From assembly GCA_964106915.2 (NCBI GenBank), contig OZ066916.1: a stretch of DNA of 64,000 nt; one strand, 5' to 3'. The notes beneath the pieces are model-generated. The model saw only the letters and a program-made list of their open reading frames with translations. It had not been told where the DNA came from and made no database searches. The stretch comes from Podarcis gaigeae. Taxonomy: Eukaryota. Shown here one piece after another: positions 27,866 to 40,728 of this stretch. The first letter of the stretch is position 1. The number at the start of each line of letters is the position of its first letter. A program made the position numbers and the translations under genes.

Positions 27866-28175
27866 CCACTTTATCGTAGTCAGTACAGAAAAGAACTGGC
27901 TGTCTTTTAATGAAAGACAGAACTGGTGGTAGAGGCAAGAGTACAAGCAAAATGGTGAAGGCATGTCGGGAAAACGAAGGCAAATGCTGCATAATTTATT
28001 GATAGGGTAAGAATAAAGGAAGTGTTGGAATATTAGTAACCCAAATAACTAATGAGGACTTAGCCCTATAGCAAGTCATAATATTAAACAGGCTACTTTA
28101 TTTCAAATATTATGTCAAGTGCAATGCTTATTTTGATTGTAGCTGGTATATATCAGTGTGTGGTTCTCCATATTT

Positions 28176-28330
28176 NNNNNNNNNNNNNNNNNNNNNNNNN
28201 NNNNNNNNNNNNNNNNNNNNNNNNNNNNNNNNNNNNNNNNNNNNNNNNNNNNNNNNNNNNNNNNNNNNNNNNNNNNNNNNNNNNNNNNNNNNNNNNNNNN
28301 NNNNNNNNNNNNNNNNNNNNNNNNNNNNNN
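28176..28330. other. Assembly gap (155 N)
   Basis: Run of N. Confidence 1.
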
Positions 28331-28346
28331 ATGTTTTGTTTCTAAG
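28331..28346 (+). CDS. PLEKHG1: PLEKHG1 coding exon, only the 3' end visible (remainder in N gap)
   Basis: A TGT TTT GTT TCT AAG|GTGAGT = CFVSK, the end of the ELLQDLE...AECFVSK exon; phase fits the flanking exons. Confidence 0.85.
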
Positions 28347-29359
28347 GTGAGTAATACTAAGGTGATATTGATCTGAGCTATAGCATATTACAGCCTCTTT
28401 GAATATAAAACTCAGGATGATTCAGTCAGTTCCCAAACGTCTGCAACTGAGTTAGCTGTGTAGTAAAGTTTTTCAAAGTTAAAAGAAATATTTTTTTATG
28501 GACATTAAAATATATTATTTCCTTCCCTCCCTAAATATTTCTGAACAGATCAAGAACTATGAAAACATTTTGAGACCATTTCCTTTTTCCTCACAGATCA
28601 CTACCAGGACAGACTTATTGAAATGATTAAGAGCTGTACAATTGTACATCTGTGTCTCAGATCATTACAGCTTTTGCTAAATTCCTGTATATTATTACAT
28701 TTAAAGGAAGAAAAGCAAATGTGACTCATCTCCTTGGGCTAAAGCTGTATTTATCATCTTTAATATTTTAAATATTTTCCTCTAGAACTGCCATAAAATA
28801 GGCTGAGAACACATTTGTCAAAAGGATTTTTTAAAAAAAATATCCATAGTTGCATGCCGTATTTGTTAGTAATTCAAATTATTGTGGTGTGTGACATAAT
28901 CTCACATTTACTATGAAACTCTGGTATAAGAAACCTTTTTGAGTAAACAGGAAGAAATTAGGTTCCCATATAAAGGACTATCTCTAATGCCCCTCTTCCC
29001 CACAACCTTTGAAGTGGCAATGGTGAGTGGGAATTTCTCTCAAGACATGTGGACTACTTGTACATTTCTGTTACTGCATATATGGTATCCCATGGTATGA
29101 GTAATGAGTTGCCTGAGTGATTTCGTTAACACTTTTTTTTTTTTGCAAAGACTGCACGTAATTATCCAGCTCCTCTAATTCATATCTGATTATCCAATGT
29201 GCCAGCTTTGCAACTTGGCTATGTGGACTGGAAACCACATTCTGCTTCAGAGAATGGTGGATGAAGTCACCAGTATTCTACATGGTGCTATTCTCAGCTG
29301 TTTCTTGTATTTGGTGTAGGATTTATTCTTTTACCGTGACTGCTCATGTTTTATATTAT

Positions 29360-29720
29360 GGACGTCAGTGGTGCTGTGGTCTAAACCACTGAGTTTCTTG
29401 AGCTTGCCAATCAGAAGGTCAGTGGTTCGAATCCCTGTGATGGAGTGAGCTTCCATTACTCTTTCCCAGCTCCTGCCAACCTAGCAGTTCGAAAGCACAC
29501 CGCTGCAAGTAGATAATTAGGTACTGTTCTGGTGGGAAGGTAAATGGTGTTTCTGTGCACTTTGGTTTCCGTCACGGTATTCCATTGTGCCAGAAGCGGT
29601 TTAGTCATGCTGGCCACATGATCCAGAAAGCTGTCTGTGGACAAACGCTAGCTCCCTTGGCCTGAAAGTGAGATGAGTACCGCAACCCCATAGTCACCTT
29701 TGTCTAGGGCCCTTAACTTT
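29360..29720 (+). mobile_element. Sauria SINE
   Basis: GGTGCTGTGGTCTAAACCACTGAG...GGTTCGAATCCC...CCAACCTAGCAGTTCGAAAGCAC...GCTGGCCACATGA. Confidence 0.9.
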
Positions 29721-30171
29721 TAAATATATAAATTATGGTAATAGCATTCCATTCCATCTAGGGTGAAATGAGTTCTATGGTTCCTGAACATGCTCCGTAG
29801 GTACATAGGGTGATCCTTAGCTGAAGCTGAACAGGTCAAGGTCTGATCAGGACCAAGGTGCAGCTACGTAATTTTAGACCCTGTACTTAATGTCCTTATG
29901 GGGTCCTGCTTTACGCTGCCATGTTGCAACATCAGTTGTGAAACACATAGTTAACACTTCTTTTCTTCTTGCCTCCTCCACCTGATTCAGCCATGCCATA
30001 GTTTACAAATGCAGCTGGTGAGGATGTAGGAGTAGAAAGTAGGAAATGAGGTCAGCAACTCTAAGAGTTTCAGTCTGGCACCTGAGGAAGGTCAGCACGG
30101 GTTAGGTTAGAAAGGACAGTCTAGGAAACTTGAAGTTCTCCTCTCTGTCTGCTTTTCCCCATGCATTCAGT

Positions 30172-30212
30172 CTTGGTATAATTCAAGACTTTATGTCTTG
30201 AATTATACCAAG
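30172..30212. repeat. Perfect 18-bp inverted repeat with 5-nt spacer
   Basis: CTTGGTATAATTCAAGAC-TTTAT-GTCTTGAATTATACCAAG. Confidence 0.95.
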
Positions 30213-31779
30213 TTTACTTTCTTGGGTGGTGGTGGGACTTGGGCAGGGCTCTCCTTACTGTGTTGCAAATATACTGACAAATGCCATTTAGTTTTGAAAC
30301 TTGAAGCTCTGCAGCATAAATGTTTCCAGTTCAGTCTGGATTTTGCTTCAGGTTTCAAGTGACAAATACATTATTGCGTTTCAGAAGAATTGTACTTATT
30401 TTCTTCAAGTGTGGATATGGTTAGTTTTCTTGGCTTTGTGATTGGAACATCCTTTTTCATTCTTCTTATCAGCTGTGGTTGACTGAGGCATTTGAACTAA
30501 CAGTACTGTGCTTTAAGAGAGGCAGATGTCCAAACTTTTGACTCTGGTCCATGGGCTTTATGTCTTTTAGATTCAGAAATAAGAGGACAGTTTTGTCCTT
30601 TCAGCTGGTAATCAGAAGGGGAAAGTTTAAGGCAGTTGTGAGCTGACTGCATCTGTTTCACATCTTCCACTCTCCCGTTCACCCCCTCTTTTTATTTTTT
30701 TTACAAGAGAGATTTTATTTGTCATGTTAAACTTCACACAGTAGAATCATCTGGAAATATATATGCCTAAAAATAAAATATACACAGATTTCTATGTTTT
30801 AAGTACTGCATGATGTTAACACTTTCATGGTCTACAGTATTTATGGCTCTCTGCTGGCCATGTTGCTGAGCTCTTGTTGAACATCAAAGGATCTTGCTAC
30901 TATACATTATCTGTATAGTAATGCAAACTAGAAGTGCAGGTTTGATGGAACTTAGAAGGGTCTCAACATACAGCCTATCCTCCCCCCAACTCATAACATT
31001 ATGATTTAATAACTATGAAATCTAAGCACAGTTATTGTAAGCTAGACTGCTATTTTCTGCTTTTTCATACTTTCTTTTTAAATTCTTATTTACAGTTTGG
31101 GTATAATTTTAATATTGAATTCTGCATTTGAGAAGCCATTGGTAGCCCCTGCCCCATTACATGTGATAACTAGAATGTGACTGGATTTCACCAGTGAATT
31201 ACAGACTGTAACGTCTCTGTTGCAGATTGTGGTTTCACTTGATTACTACTTATTTGTAGGTGAAGCTTTCCACTATAGCTGGAGTTATTTTTAAAAGCGT
31301 GTGCATGACATAGGGTGTGATGCAAGCTTATTGTGTCTCGTGCCAGTGAAGATAGCTGTAAGTCTTCCCATCTTAAATAAAAGATTATCAGCAGAGGCTC
31401 AGCTGTAATCTGCCATAATTATTGGGTGGATTGTCACTGGATTGCATTTTAAGCAGGATAAGGAGTTTTTACTAATCCTAAAAGGAAAAAAGGCAGATAG
31501 CTTATGTTTTACCACACACTTATCATGTACCTTATCACAAACTGTGAAACACTACAGAAATCCTTATCACCATCCCCCAATCAAGACAAGACTGAGCAAC
31601 AGGTGACCATCTTCAAGCATCTGCTGCCCTAAACAAAGCAAGGTGTGAACTGGAGGCTCCTGAGTAAAGCAAATTGCATTTATGACAGCCCTTTCCCTTA
31701 CCTGTGACGATGACAATGGGCTAGCTGTAACTGCAGTCATCTTATTTGCATGTTACAACTTGCATGTGAATGTATGTTG

Positions 31780-32139
31780 AAGGTAAAGGTAAAGAACCCC
31801 TGACAGTTAAGTTGCGGCACTCATCTCGCTTTATAGCCCGAGGGAGCCGGCGTTTGTCTGCAGACAGTTTTTCTGGGTCATGTGGCCAACATGACTAAGC
31901 CACTTCCGGCAAAATCAGAGCAGTGCACGGAGATGCCGTTTACCTTCCCGCTGGAGCGGTACCTATTTATCTACTTGCAGTTTGATGTGCTTTCGAACTG
32001 CTAGGTTGGCAGAAGCAGGGACCGAGCAACGGGAGCTCAACCGGTCGTGGGGATTCAAACCGCCGACCTTCTGATTGGCAAGCCCAAGAGGCTCAGCCCA
32101 AGCGGCTCAGTGGTTTAGACCACGCACCATCCGCATCCC
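31780..32139 (-). mobile_element. Sauria SINE
   Basis: Reverse complement of the same consensus, with (ACCTTT)n tail. Confidence 0.92.
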
Positions 32140-32743
32140 ATGTTGGTGCAGAGCAAAATGGTTTGCATGAAATAGACCTTATGAACTGCTGAAATTACAG
32201 AATTAGTCTGTTTTTGTTTTGTTCTTTTTGTTTTGTTCTCGAGTCTTCAGGAGCTGCTCCTTGTGTTTGGAACTATGTGAAAGGTGCATTAGGTGCAGAA
32301 TGGGAAATCCTGTTCCCTATTCCTGAAGATTATACAGGGGGGAAACCCCAAATGGTGGCATTGTATGTACACTTTCAAATAAGCTTCTATATAGCACCAA
32401 TACTTGCCTATAGCAAATAAGAAATGGCTGCAGGGAAACTTGGCACAAGTCAGCTTTGTTGCTTCTTTTTAGATCACACATTTATTTCATTTAAAAAATA
32501 ATAAAAGCATCTACAATAAAAACTTACTTAAAAATCAGTTTCCAATCCAATTCACATGCAGACTGGAATAAAGTTAATGAATTACATGCCTATCAATACG
32601 GAAGAGTAATTTTTTTTAAAAAAAATTTTTTTGGTAATATGTTGGGATTTTTTTACTGCTTTCAAATAAGTGTTCAGAATTTCTAGGGAGCTGTAATAAA
32701 ATCAATATACTAAATCAGCTTCTCCCCTTTTCCTTATATTCAG

Positions 32744-32790
32744 AGTGAAGAGTTCCACATATATACACAGTATTGCACCAATTATCCAAG
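32744..32790 (+). CDS. PLEKHG1: PLEKHG1 coding exon (DH domain)
   Basis: SEEFHIYTQYCTNYP(R); ttcag| acceptor, AG|GTAGGA donor; 47 nt. Confidence 0.95.
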
Positions 32791-33216
32791 GTAGGAGTAC
32801 CTTATTTTTGTGTGTGCTCTTTCCCTTTTATCATTTGAAAGGTGGTGAATAGAGAATGTGACCATAATGCTTCAGACTAACATTTAATCCGAACGGTATG
32901 CTTTACTGTTTGTGGATTATATTAGTAAGGCAAAGAGGATGAATGCTTCCTTGCCCATTAGAAAATGCAAGCAAGTAATTTTATGCTTATTTTAATTATG
33001 TTGCATGGTAATCAGTTATTTTGAAAGTAGGATGCTAAGACTTGTTACTTGTGTGGCATGCATGCATGGCAATCACAAGTTTGTAAACTTCACAGAACAC
33101 TCCTGTTTATCTTGCACAAGAAATGCATAATGCTTGAAGTTGATCCTAAGCAGGCAGTCACTTGTAGGACCTATCATGCATCCAAAGCTGTGGAATTCTG
33201 TATAATATAGGATTAA

Positions 33217-33243
33217 AATAATAATAATAATAATAATAATAAT
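33217..33243. repeat. (AAT)9 microsatellite just upstream of a PLEKHG1 acceptor
   Basis: Direct reading. Confidence 0.95.
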
Positions 33244-33272
33244 TCTGAGAGCTTTATTGATTTGTTTTACAG

Positions 33273-33423
33273 GTCAGTGGCTGTACTTACCGAATGCATG
33301 AGGAACAAGTCCCTGGCCAAGTTTTTCAGAGAGAGACAAGAAGCTTTACAACATTCTCTACCTTTAGGATCTTACCTCTTAAAACCTGTTCAGCGGATAC
33401 TCAAGTATCACCTTCTTTTGCAC
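33273..33423 (+). CDS. PLEKHG1: PLEKHG1 coding exon (DH domain)
   Basis: [50 protein letters not shown]; AG/GT boundaries; 151 nt. Confidence 0.96.
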
Positions 33424-33869
33424 GTATGTTGTCATTTTAAGTGCCTCCTCTTCAGATAGTCAACAGGAACCTGGCATGGGGTGGCAGTCCAGATCAGCAG
33501 TGTGTTTCACATTGGGCCAGCAGCTACTCTTTATTCAAAAGTAAAGTGCCTAGTTTGAAGGAGGCCTGCTGAAGAGTGCAAATACTATAATGTGTAGCTA
33601 GGCTTTTGTGCTGCAGTCAAAAAAACAAGCAAGCACAAACTTTCTGATGAAAGCTCATGTGCCAGAAAGAAGTACTGTAACCTAGCCTTCACCCTGACAT
33701 GCTAGGCTTCTGCAGATGTTGTATTTCCAACCCTTCCTGCCCCTTTCTCCATCTTTCTCCCCTCCTATGCTCATCAAACAGCTTCTTTTCTGATGCTGCA
33801 GCTTCTTCAGAAAACATGCAGTACAGACCTATACATATTTTCATAAAAAGAGTGCAGTGCAGTCCTGAA

Positions 33870-34109
33870 GAGAGCCAGTGTGGTGTAGTGGTTAAGAGCG
33901 GTAGTCACGTAATCTGGGGAACCGGGTTCGCGTCTCCGCTCCTCCACATGCAGCTGCTGGGTGACCTTGGGCCAGTCACACTTCTCTGAAGTCTCTCAGC
34001 CCCACTCACCTCACAGAGTGTGTGTTGTGGGGGAGGAAGGGAAAGGAGAATGTTAGCCGCTTTGAGACTCCTTAAAGGGAGTGAAAGGCGGGATATCAAA
34101 TCCAAACAA
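33870..34109 (+). mobile_element. tRNA-derived squamate SINE (Squam3-like) with microsatellite tail
   Basis: A box GTGGTGTAGTGGTTAAGAGC, B box GGTTCGCGTCTCC, CORE-like GTGACCTTGGGCCAGTCAC, L2-like tail. Confidence 0.8.
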
Positions 34110-34182
34110 CTCCTCCTCCTCCTCCTCCTCCTCTTCTTCTTCTTCTTCTTCTTCTTCTTCTTCTTCTTCTTCTTCTTCTTCT
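34110..34182. repeat. (CTC)n(TTC)n microsatellite (SINE tail)
   Basis: Direct reading. Confidence 0.97.
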
Positions 34183-35241
34183 GTACATCTTTACATACTG
34201 TGCTCATTGGGGCTTTTGCACTAGCTGGTGTGTTTAAAAGTGCAGTTTCAATTCCAGACAAGGGCAGCTGGTGAGGAGGGTGGGCCTGTATGAAGTCATC
34301 TAAGCCCAACAAAAAGGTTTCCCCCCCCCTTTTTTTTTTTGCATGCATGCATGGTGGTAGAGAAAGTACATATCTCTTCCTTTCTTTCCCATGGTTTTAA
34401 CAATATTTTCAGAAATCTGGTTTCTTTTTAATGGTTATCATGTGCTTTCAATTAGGAGATTATACCCGTAACTACATTTCAGAGTCCAAAAATTTTAATC
34501 TGTAGTGTCTGCCTAAGTCTAATGCTCGGATGTAATTATCAAACTGAGGTTCTGTAGCCAAAAGTAGAGGCAAGAAAGCATACTGAATGACTGACTCATT
34601 TCTCTTATTGAATGCTAATAAATTCTGCTTTGATAGCTGCTACTATAACGCAGCAGAGTAATGCAGTTGCTGTAAGGATGCCTATATTACTTATGGCTCA
34701 TGAAATCAAACACAATCCACTAGCCATTTAGGGCAGCCCATCAAAGGCTCATCAAGCCACCTATTTTTTGCAGCTTGCTGGAGACTTCAAAAATGGCCAG
34801 AATGTCACACACCTGATATGCCACAATACGTATCTGGTGGCCTTGATCAGTCACAAATTGTATGTGCTTACTGTTAGCAGAGGATATGCCAGTCTCGTCC
34901 AACTTTTCTGCCTCCATCCCAGTATAACACAGTGCCTTTACATTATCAGGATCCTGGAATCAAGAGGGGTTTGGAAAAAGGGAAAAGAGACATATACAAT
35001 GGAGGTGGCTATCAGTGGGAAAATGGGGCTGAAGGAAAATCTCTCACGTGCAGGGTAAGGGGTTCTGTGCTGCATATTTTATAGACCAGGGAACCCTGCT
35101 GTAGAGACCAAAGAAGTGAACTGCAGTTGGGAGGAGCTAAGTGTCAGATTATTAACCGTAGTTTACCATCAAAACATTTTTGCAGACCTCTAGGAGTTGT
35201 AAATAGTTAAATAGTTCCCTCTTCATTGGCTTATTTACTAG

Positions 35242-35373
35242 GAGATAGAAAACCACCTTGACAAGGACACTGAAGGTTATGATGTGGTTTTAGAAGCCAT
35301 AGATACGATGCAGAGAGTGGCGTGGCATATTAACGACATGAAGAGGAAACATGAACATGCTGTCAGGCTGCAG
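35242..35373 (+). CDS. PLEKHG1: PLEKHG1 coding exon (end of DH domain)
   Basis: [44 protein letters not shown]; 132 nt, phase 0/0. Confidence 0.96.
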
Positions 35374-36998
35374 GTGGGTTGACAAGTTTTCCATATCAGT
35401 AGTTTTTATCTTTCTATCTGGTTTTTGGTTTATATAGATTGGGCACCAGGATTCTAAATGGCTATGGTTTTGCTTTCCTGCGCTTGCTAACAATAACAAC
35501 ATCTTTTAACATATGTGAAATTTGATCTTCCTATATTTTAAAGCATCGCACTCAACCATGGCAACTCCCAATTAATATTGTGGGGTGTGTTATCTGTTAC
35601 ATGTGAAAGTATCTTCAAAGTGTGCTTGAAAGGTTCTTCTGAAATCCGTGTCTGTGGAATGTACAAAAGACACAATTGTGCTTGCAAGCTTTCTTTGGAG
35701 AGATCAGAACCCAAATGTAAATCTTCCTTCTCTGTCAGAAGATGAAGTTTCGCTTGTACACCCACCCAGCTTCTTTGCAGTCAGTGATTCATTTGTAGTC
35801 TTAAAAACTTGTTCACATGGCTTATGACTGCCCAAAACATCTCAGAAATGCATATTTCCAAGTTGTGGATTGGTTCAGACATCATATTGGACTTCTGCTT
35901 ATTTGAAGAAATCCTATAGGTGAATCCATTCACATAAGCAATGCAACTCTTAATTTGGGTGAGCTTCTATGATATCTGAGACTCTAATGAATATAATTTA
36001 AGTTGCTGTGGTTAACGTTTGTAAGTTTCAGGCATACATCTTGCATTGATAATGTAACTAAAGATACTGCAAGGACTTATGTGAATTCAAAGAGCAACCA
36101 TATGCAAACTTACAGTAGGTTAACAGGAAGTATACAATTGCAGGCTGGCTGGAAAAGTAGCTAGTACTTTCCACTTCTTGTGTACTTCAGAGACCCTTTG
36201 ATCACATAAGTTGTTTCTGACATCTTGCATCATTATAAAACACCCTCCCCTTCTTCCTATTCTTTTCCATATAGTGGCCCATCTATCTGTCTAATGTCCA
36301 GCCTTATGGCTTGCTAAGAACTCTCTCCTTGTGCCAACCTTCTCTCTTGCATCATCTCTAGGGGACCATGTAAGATAATCAGATAACAGTGCAGTGCAAA
36401 TTGGCTGCATGTCATAAAATACACATCTGCCAACTCTGACATTTAGAAATAGATTTCTGTTTGCCTATCATATGACAAATGCCTGTATGCTGCAACGTAC
36501 CGTGAGACAGCTGTAGTATTTCTGTTGATGTAGAACAGGAAAGGCAAACTCTCTGCCTGGGGACCTGATCCACACACATCCCTGCAAATGGTCATAAGCT
36601 GCATTAAGGTTCTGAAACCACATGGAGGCCTGCCTCCTGGTCTAAGGACCAGTTTTGCATCACAATTCCTGTGGTGGTCCTGCTGCCATTTCTGCTGCCC
36701 TGAGCTCTTCCTGTATGTGTGGTGGTGCAAATATGTGTATGAGGGAGAGCAAATGTGAAATGGTTATGCCCACCTAGGCCACGCACACTGCTAGGGTGTG
36801 GCCCTTGGAAGGTAGGTCTACAGAGAATGTGGCCCTTGGTTAGTCATCCCTGAGGTAGAAGCAATGCTTTTTCACACTGTTGATTAATAAGAGGAACATG
36901 ATAGTGGCTTCATTACACAGCACTTGCCATGTGATATTTCCCAACGTTGTGTTTTTGATGTGCTTGCTTCATTATCCTACCCTCCTCCCTTTTTTCAG

Positions 36999-37181
36999 GA
37001 GATACAAAGCTTACTCACTAACTGGAAGGGACCAGACCTTGCTAGTTACGGCGAGTTGGTTTTGGAAGGAACATTCCGCATTCAGAGAGCCAAAAATGAG
37101 CGCACTCTGTTCCTCTTTGACAAGCTGCTGCTCATTACGAAGAAGAGGGAAGAGACTTTCACCTACAAAGCTCATATCTTG
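36999..37181 (+). CDS. PLEKHG1: PLEKHG1 coding exon (PH domain)
   Basis: [61 protein letters not shown]; 183 nt. Confidence 0.96.
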
Positions 37182-37334
37182 GTAGGTCTGTTTGTACTTG
37201 CAGGGGGAGGCTAAGGGAACAAGCAGCCCAAGGGTTGCAAAGAAGAGGAAATGGACTATGTCAAAATGTCCAAAATATAAATACCCATTCTGTGCACAAG
37301 ATCTTCCTCTGACAAGCCTTTCTCTGTGTTGCAG

Positions 37335-37430
37335 TGTGGCAATCTCATGCTAGTGGAAATCATACCAAAGGAGCCTCTGAGCTTTAGTGTCTTCCATTAC
37401 AAAAATCCCAAGATGCAACATACTGTTCAG
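37335..37430 (+). CDS. PLEKHG1: PLEKHG1 coding exon (PH domain)
   Basis: [32 protein letters not shown]; 96 nt. Confidence 0.95.
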
Positions 37431-38702
37431 GTATTTAAAAGCCATAACATACTGAATGCATTCTGAAACATGTTATTAAGGATATAATTTTCCTGATATG
37501 TATCCTGTGTATTGTAACTGAGGTTTGCACCACGTAGGTAGTATTCCACTTCCAGGTTTGTGCAGGAAAACCAGGCCCTATTTCCTATGATCTCAATCTA
37601 TCCAATTGCCCCCTTCCTTTTGGAAGGCAGTACAATCCCAAATTAATGCACTCATGCAGTGGGAACATGAACAGCTTTTAATACCCTAAGGAGCAAATTG
37701 GACATGCACTTAAAAATGTTGCACCAATGGGGAATTTTTCCTAAGATTGAGAGAGAGCAATGGTTTTCATTCTGATCTCTATGATCTCTCCCCTTCCATC
37801 CAGCTGGCTCCATGTTATGCTTTGGGCTCCCTGGCCCTGAAGGAAAGAAACAAAAGATGCAACTGCATTCTACCTGTTTAAGTGCATACCTAGTTTGACC
37901 CTCAGCTTCTGTTTCATCTTTGCACTTTGAGAATTAGACAAGTAGGGATTTGGAAAGTGCATGTGTGCCTGAAACTGATAATAATATTTTGGAGACGCTT
38001 TATTTCACTGAATTTTGAACAGTAGGCCTCAATTCTGATCTTAGTTAATTCTTGGAGGAGGAAACCACAGGTCAATTTTAGATCTCTTCAGGAACAAGCA
38101 ACCCAGCCTGCCCTGCACCACACAGCATGTTATACTGGTTATGCAGAAGTAATTCTTACCCTGCCCAAACCACTAATCTGCACAGGAGCAACATGATAAC
38201 CTCATCGAAGGGGGAAGACAAGGAACTAGGGCATGCAGACACACAAGGCACTATTACAGCCTGTGGTGTTCAGCTTTGCTGTCTCACCATTTTCATGTTA
38301 GTTGCCAGTTGTGTTAAATAATTATATTTGGTTTTATAAATTGTTGTCAGCTACCAGACATAGAATAATATTCAGAAATATACTAAAAACATTTTATTCT
38401 GTTGACTGTAGAAGGATGTAGTGGAGCCAAGACATTTCTGACCTTTCTTGTGGAAAGCTGTATAGACCCCTGTATGGGTGACTCTGTGACTCTCTCAGAT
38501 GTTGCTGAACTCTTGGCTAGAGCATGGCTCGAGATGATGGGGATGGCAACAGATTCCCCATCTCTCCCCTATCCCATCCACTGGAAGTCAGAGCCTTCTT
38601 CATGCTCAACCCTTGACTCTGCTAAATTTATTGTCTGGTGTTACCTACCGTCACTCCTTCATGTCTAGCTATAACTCATTGCATTCTTGCAACTTGTAAC
38701 AG

Positions 38703-38789
38703 GCCAAATCACAGCAAGATAAGCGCCTTTGGATTCTTCACTTGAAGAGATTAATTCTTGAAAACCACCCTGCCAAAATCCCAGCTAAG
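38703..38789 (+). CDS. PLEKHG1: PLEKHG1 coding exon (end of PH domain)
   Basis: [29 protein letters not shown]; 87 nt. Confidence 0.95.
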
Positions 38790-38829
38790 GTAAAATATTA
38801 ACAACTGCCTTATTTGTTTGTTTGTATTT

Positions 38830-39062
38830 CTATTGATTGATTGAATGAATTTATATACCTCCCTATATACGGAGGTCTCAGGGCAGTTCACAGAGCAAAA
38901 TCAAAATACAAAACCACAAAATATATAATCAAAATAGAAACAACAACCCAATAACACCCCCACACATTTTGTTGTTGTTGTTGTTGTTGTTAAAAAGGCA
39001 TAGGATGTCTAGCAATTCAACCAAAGGCCTGGTTAGAAAAGGAACTTTTTTGCTTGGTGCCT
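38830..39062 (-). mobile_element. L2-like 3' UTR fragment
   Basis: (TTGA)n tail, TTTATATACC...CAGGGCAGTTCACA, CCAAAGGCCTGG, similar to the 42560 element end. Confidence 0.55.
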
Positions 39063-39343
39063 TTTTAAGAGTGTGGATATGTTAAAAATAAAATATGTGT
39101 ATTTTTATCTTCTGTGATAGATGCATCTGGGTAGCCACATCATGATAACAGCACATGAATTGCATTCCACCAAGTTCACTTGAATCAGGGCAGTTTTGAA
39201 ACCAATTTTGCCTTTCAGGTTTTAGAAGGTTTGGTGTGGTGGTGCACCAGCCAAGGACCCAGAGTCTGGGGGACTATTGCTGACCTGAGGTGTTAAGCAA
39301 GTTTATATAGTTTATGCACAATATTTGTTTTTATTTTTTTCAG

Positions 39344-39377
39344 GCCAAGCAAGCAATTCTTGAAATGGATGCTATCT
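39344..39377 (+). CDS. PLEKHG1: PLEKHG1 short coding exon
   Basis: AKQAILEMDAI; T-rich acceptor, T|GTAAGT donor; 34 nt, phase 0 to 1. Confidence 0.92.
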
Positions 39378-39638
39378 GTAAGTATATTTGCATATAACTA
39401 TTCACTTGCATTTTAATTTTTGTTAATTAAAAAACTCGGAAAAATACGTAATAGACAACTGGATGCATTAATCTTAGCTGTCACAATGTTTTCTGGTTCT
39501 GGCTCAGAGCTTTTGAATAAGAACGTGGGTGAGACTTTTAGGTACTTTCCCTCTTGTACAATTTGTTTCCGTAAGGTAGATACACTAGCCACAAACTCAA
39601 ACTTCCATGTGTCACAGTGTCTAAACTCAAATCTCTAA

Positions 39639-39920
39639 CATGGATCACTGCCTTGTCGTGACGAAGGGGCTTGAGTAACTCAGAGAAGCTATGAGTTATG
39701 CCGTGCAGGGTACCCAAGACAGACAGGTCATAGCCAAGAGTTTAGACTAAATGTGATCCACCTGGAGAAGGAACTGGGAAACCACTCTAGTATTTTGCCA
39801 AGAGAACTCCATGGACATAAAAAAGGAGAAACTTTGAGAAGGAAGTGAGAGTTTCCAAGGCATGCTCTGGTCCATGGGGTTACGGAGAGTCGATCATGAC
39901 TAAGATGACTAAACAACAAC
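39639..39920 (+). mobile_element. RTE-BovB-derived short element (5' region joined to 3' end)
   Basis: 5' GATCACTGCCTTGTCGTGACGAAGGGGCTTG...GGAGAAGGAACTGGGAAACCACTCTAGTATT; 3' GTCCATGGGGTTACGGAGAGTCG...GACTAAACAACAAC. Confidence 0.75.
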
Positions 39921-40330
39921 TGGTTTTGGCAACAGTGTTGTTCAGTGTGACTCTCTATTTCCCTTAAATAAAAGATTGGCAACCACAAACAGGATCAAAG
40001 TTTTCTGCTTATGAAAGTTTTGCCAGCTCGTACATCACCTTGTGTTTTGAGATTCTTAATAAGAGCACATTAAATAATTCATGATGAACTATGCTGTCTT
40101 TTCAATTCATTTTTAATATCACCCTTCCAAGGGACTGCTATTGTGCATGGAGAATGTCTTCTCCAAAATTGTGTGTGGAGTGAAAGACATTTACATAGTT
40201 TGTATGTTGCTACCCAAGACATTTCCCAAGCATCCCTCTCAAAGCCATTCACTAATATGAAATAAAACTGAAAAGTATCCTTGGGAACAATCAGGGGGCA
40301 TTCTCAAATTGTTCCTAGGTGACTCCAGCC

Positions 40331-40466
40331 TAGGCATAGGCAAACTTGGCCCTCCAGATGTTTTAGGACTACAATTCCCATCATCCCTGACCACTGGTCC
40401 TGTTAGCTAGGGGTGATGGGACTTGTAGTCCCAAAACATCTGGAGGGCCAAGTTTGCCTATGCCTG
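40331..40466. mobile_element. Near-perfect palindromic hAT MITE
   Basis: AGGCATAGGCAAACTTGGCCCTCCAGATGTTTT...AAAACATCTGGAGGGCCAAGTTTGCCTATGCCTG; perfect TSD CTCCAGCC. Confidence 0.9.
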
Positions 40467-40632
40467 CTCCAGCCTTTAAAACCAAGCCTGCTTCTCCCTG
40501 CATTGTCCTATTCTAGATTTTGTTTGTGATGAAGGCTTGAGAAATCTAATGCTGCAATCATAAAGTCTTCTCCAAAAGCTCACCTGATGTATGAAGTCGT
40601 AGTTACATATTGTTTCTCTAATTTCTTTATAG

Positions 40633-40728
40633 ATCACCCAGGATTCCATTATAGCCCAGAAGGAGAAATGAAAGCATCGAGTAATTCTAAAGAAGGAATC
40701 GCCCCACAGAGGGTGAGAAGGAAGTCAG
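40633..40728 (+). CDS. PLEKHG1: PLEKHG1 coding exon
   Basis: (Y)[31 protein letters not shown]; 96 nt, phase 1/1. Confidence 0.92.

Noticed and set aside
27473-27910. 145-aa Pro/Gly-rich ORF or internal CpG promoter
   Set aside because: Coincides with a GC-rich transposon-like insert; no splice or homology support.
33905-34348. ORFs with poly-Lys/Arg or poly-Phe/Leu tracts
   Set aside because: Translation of the SINE microsatellite tail.
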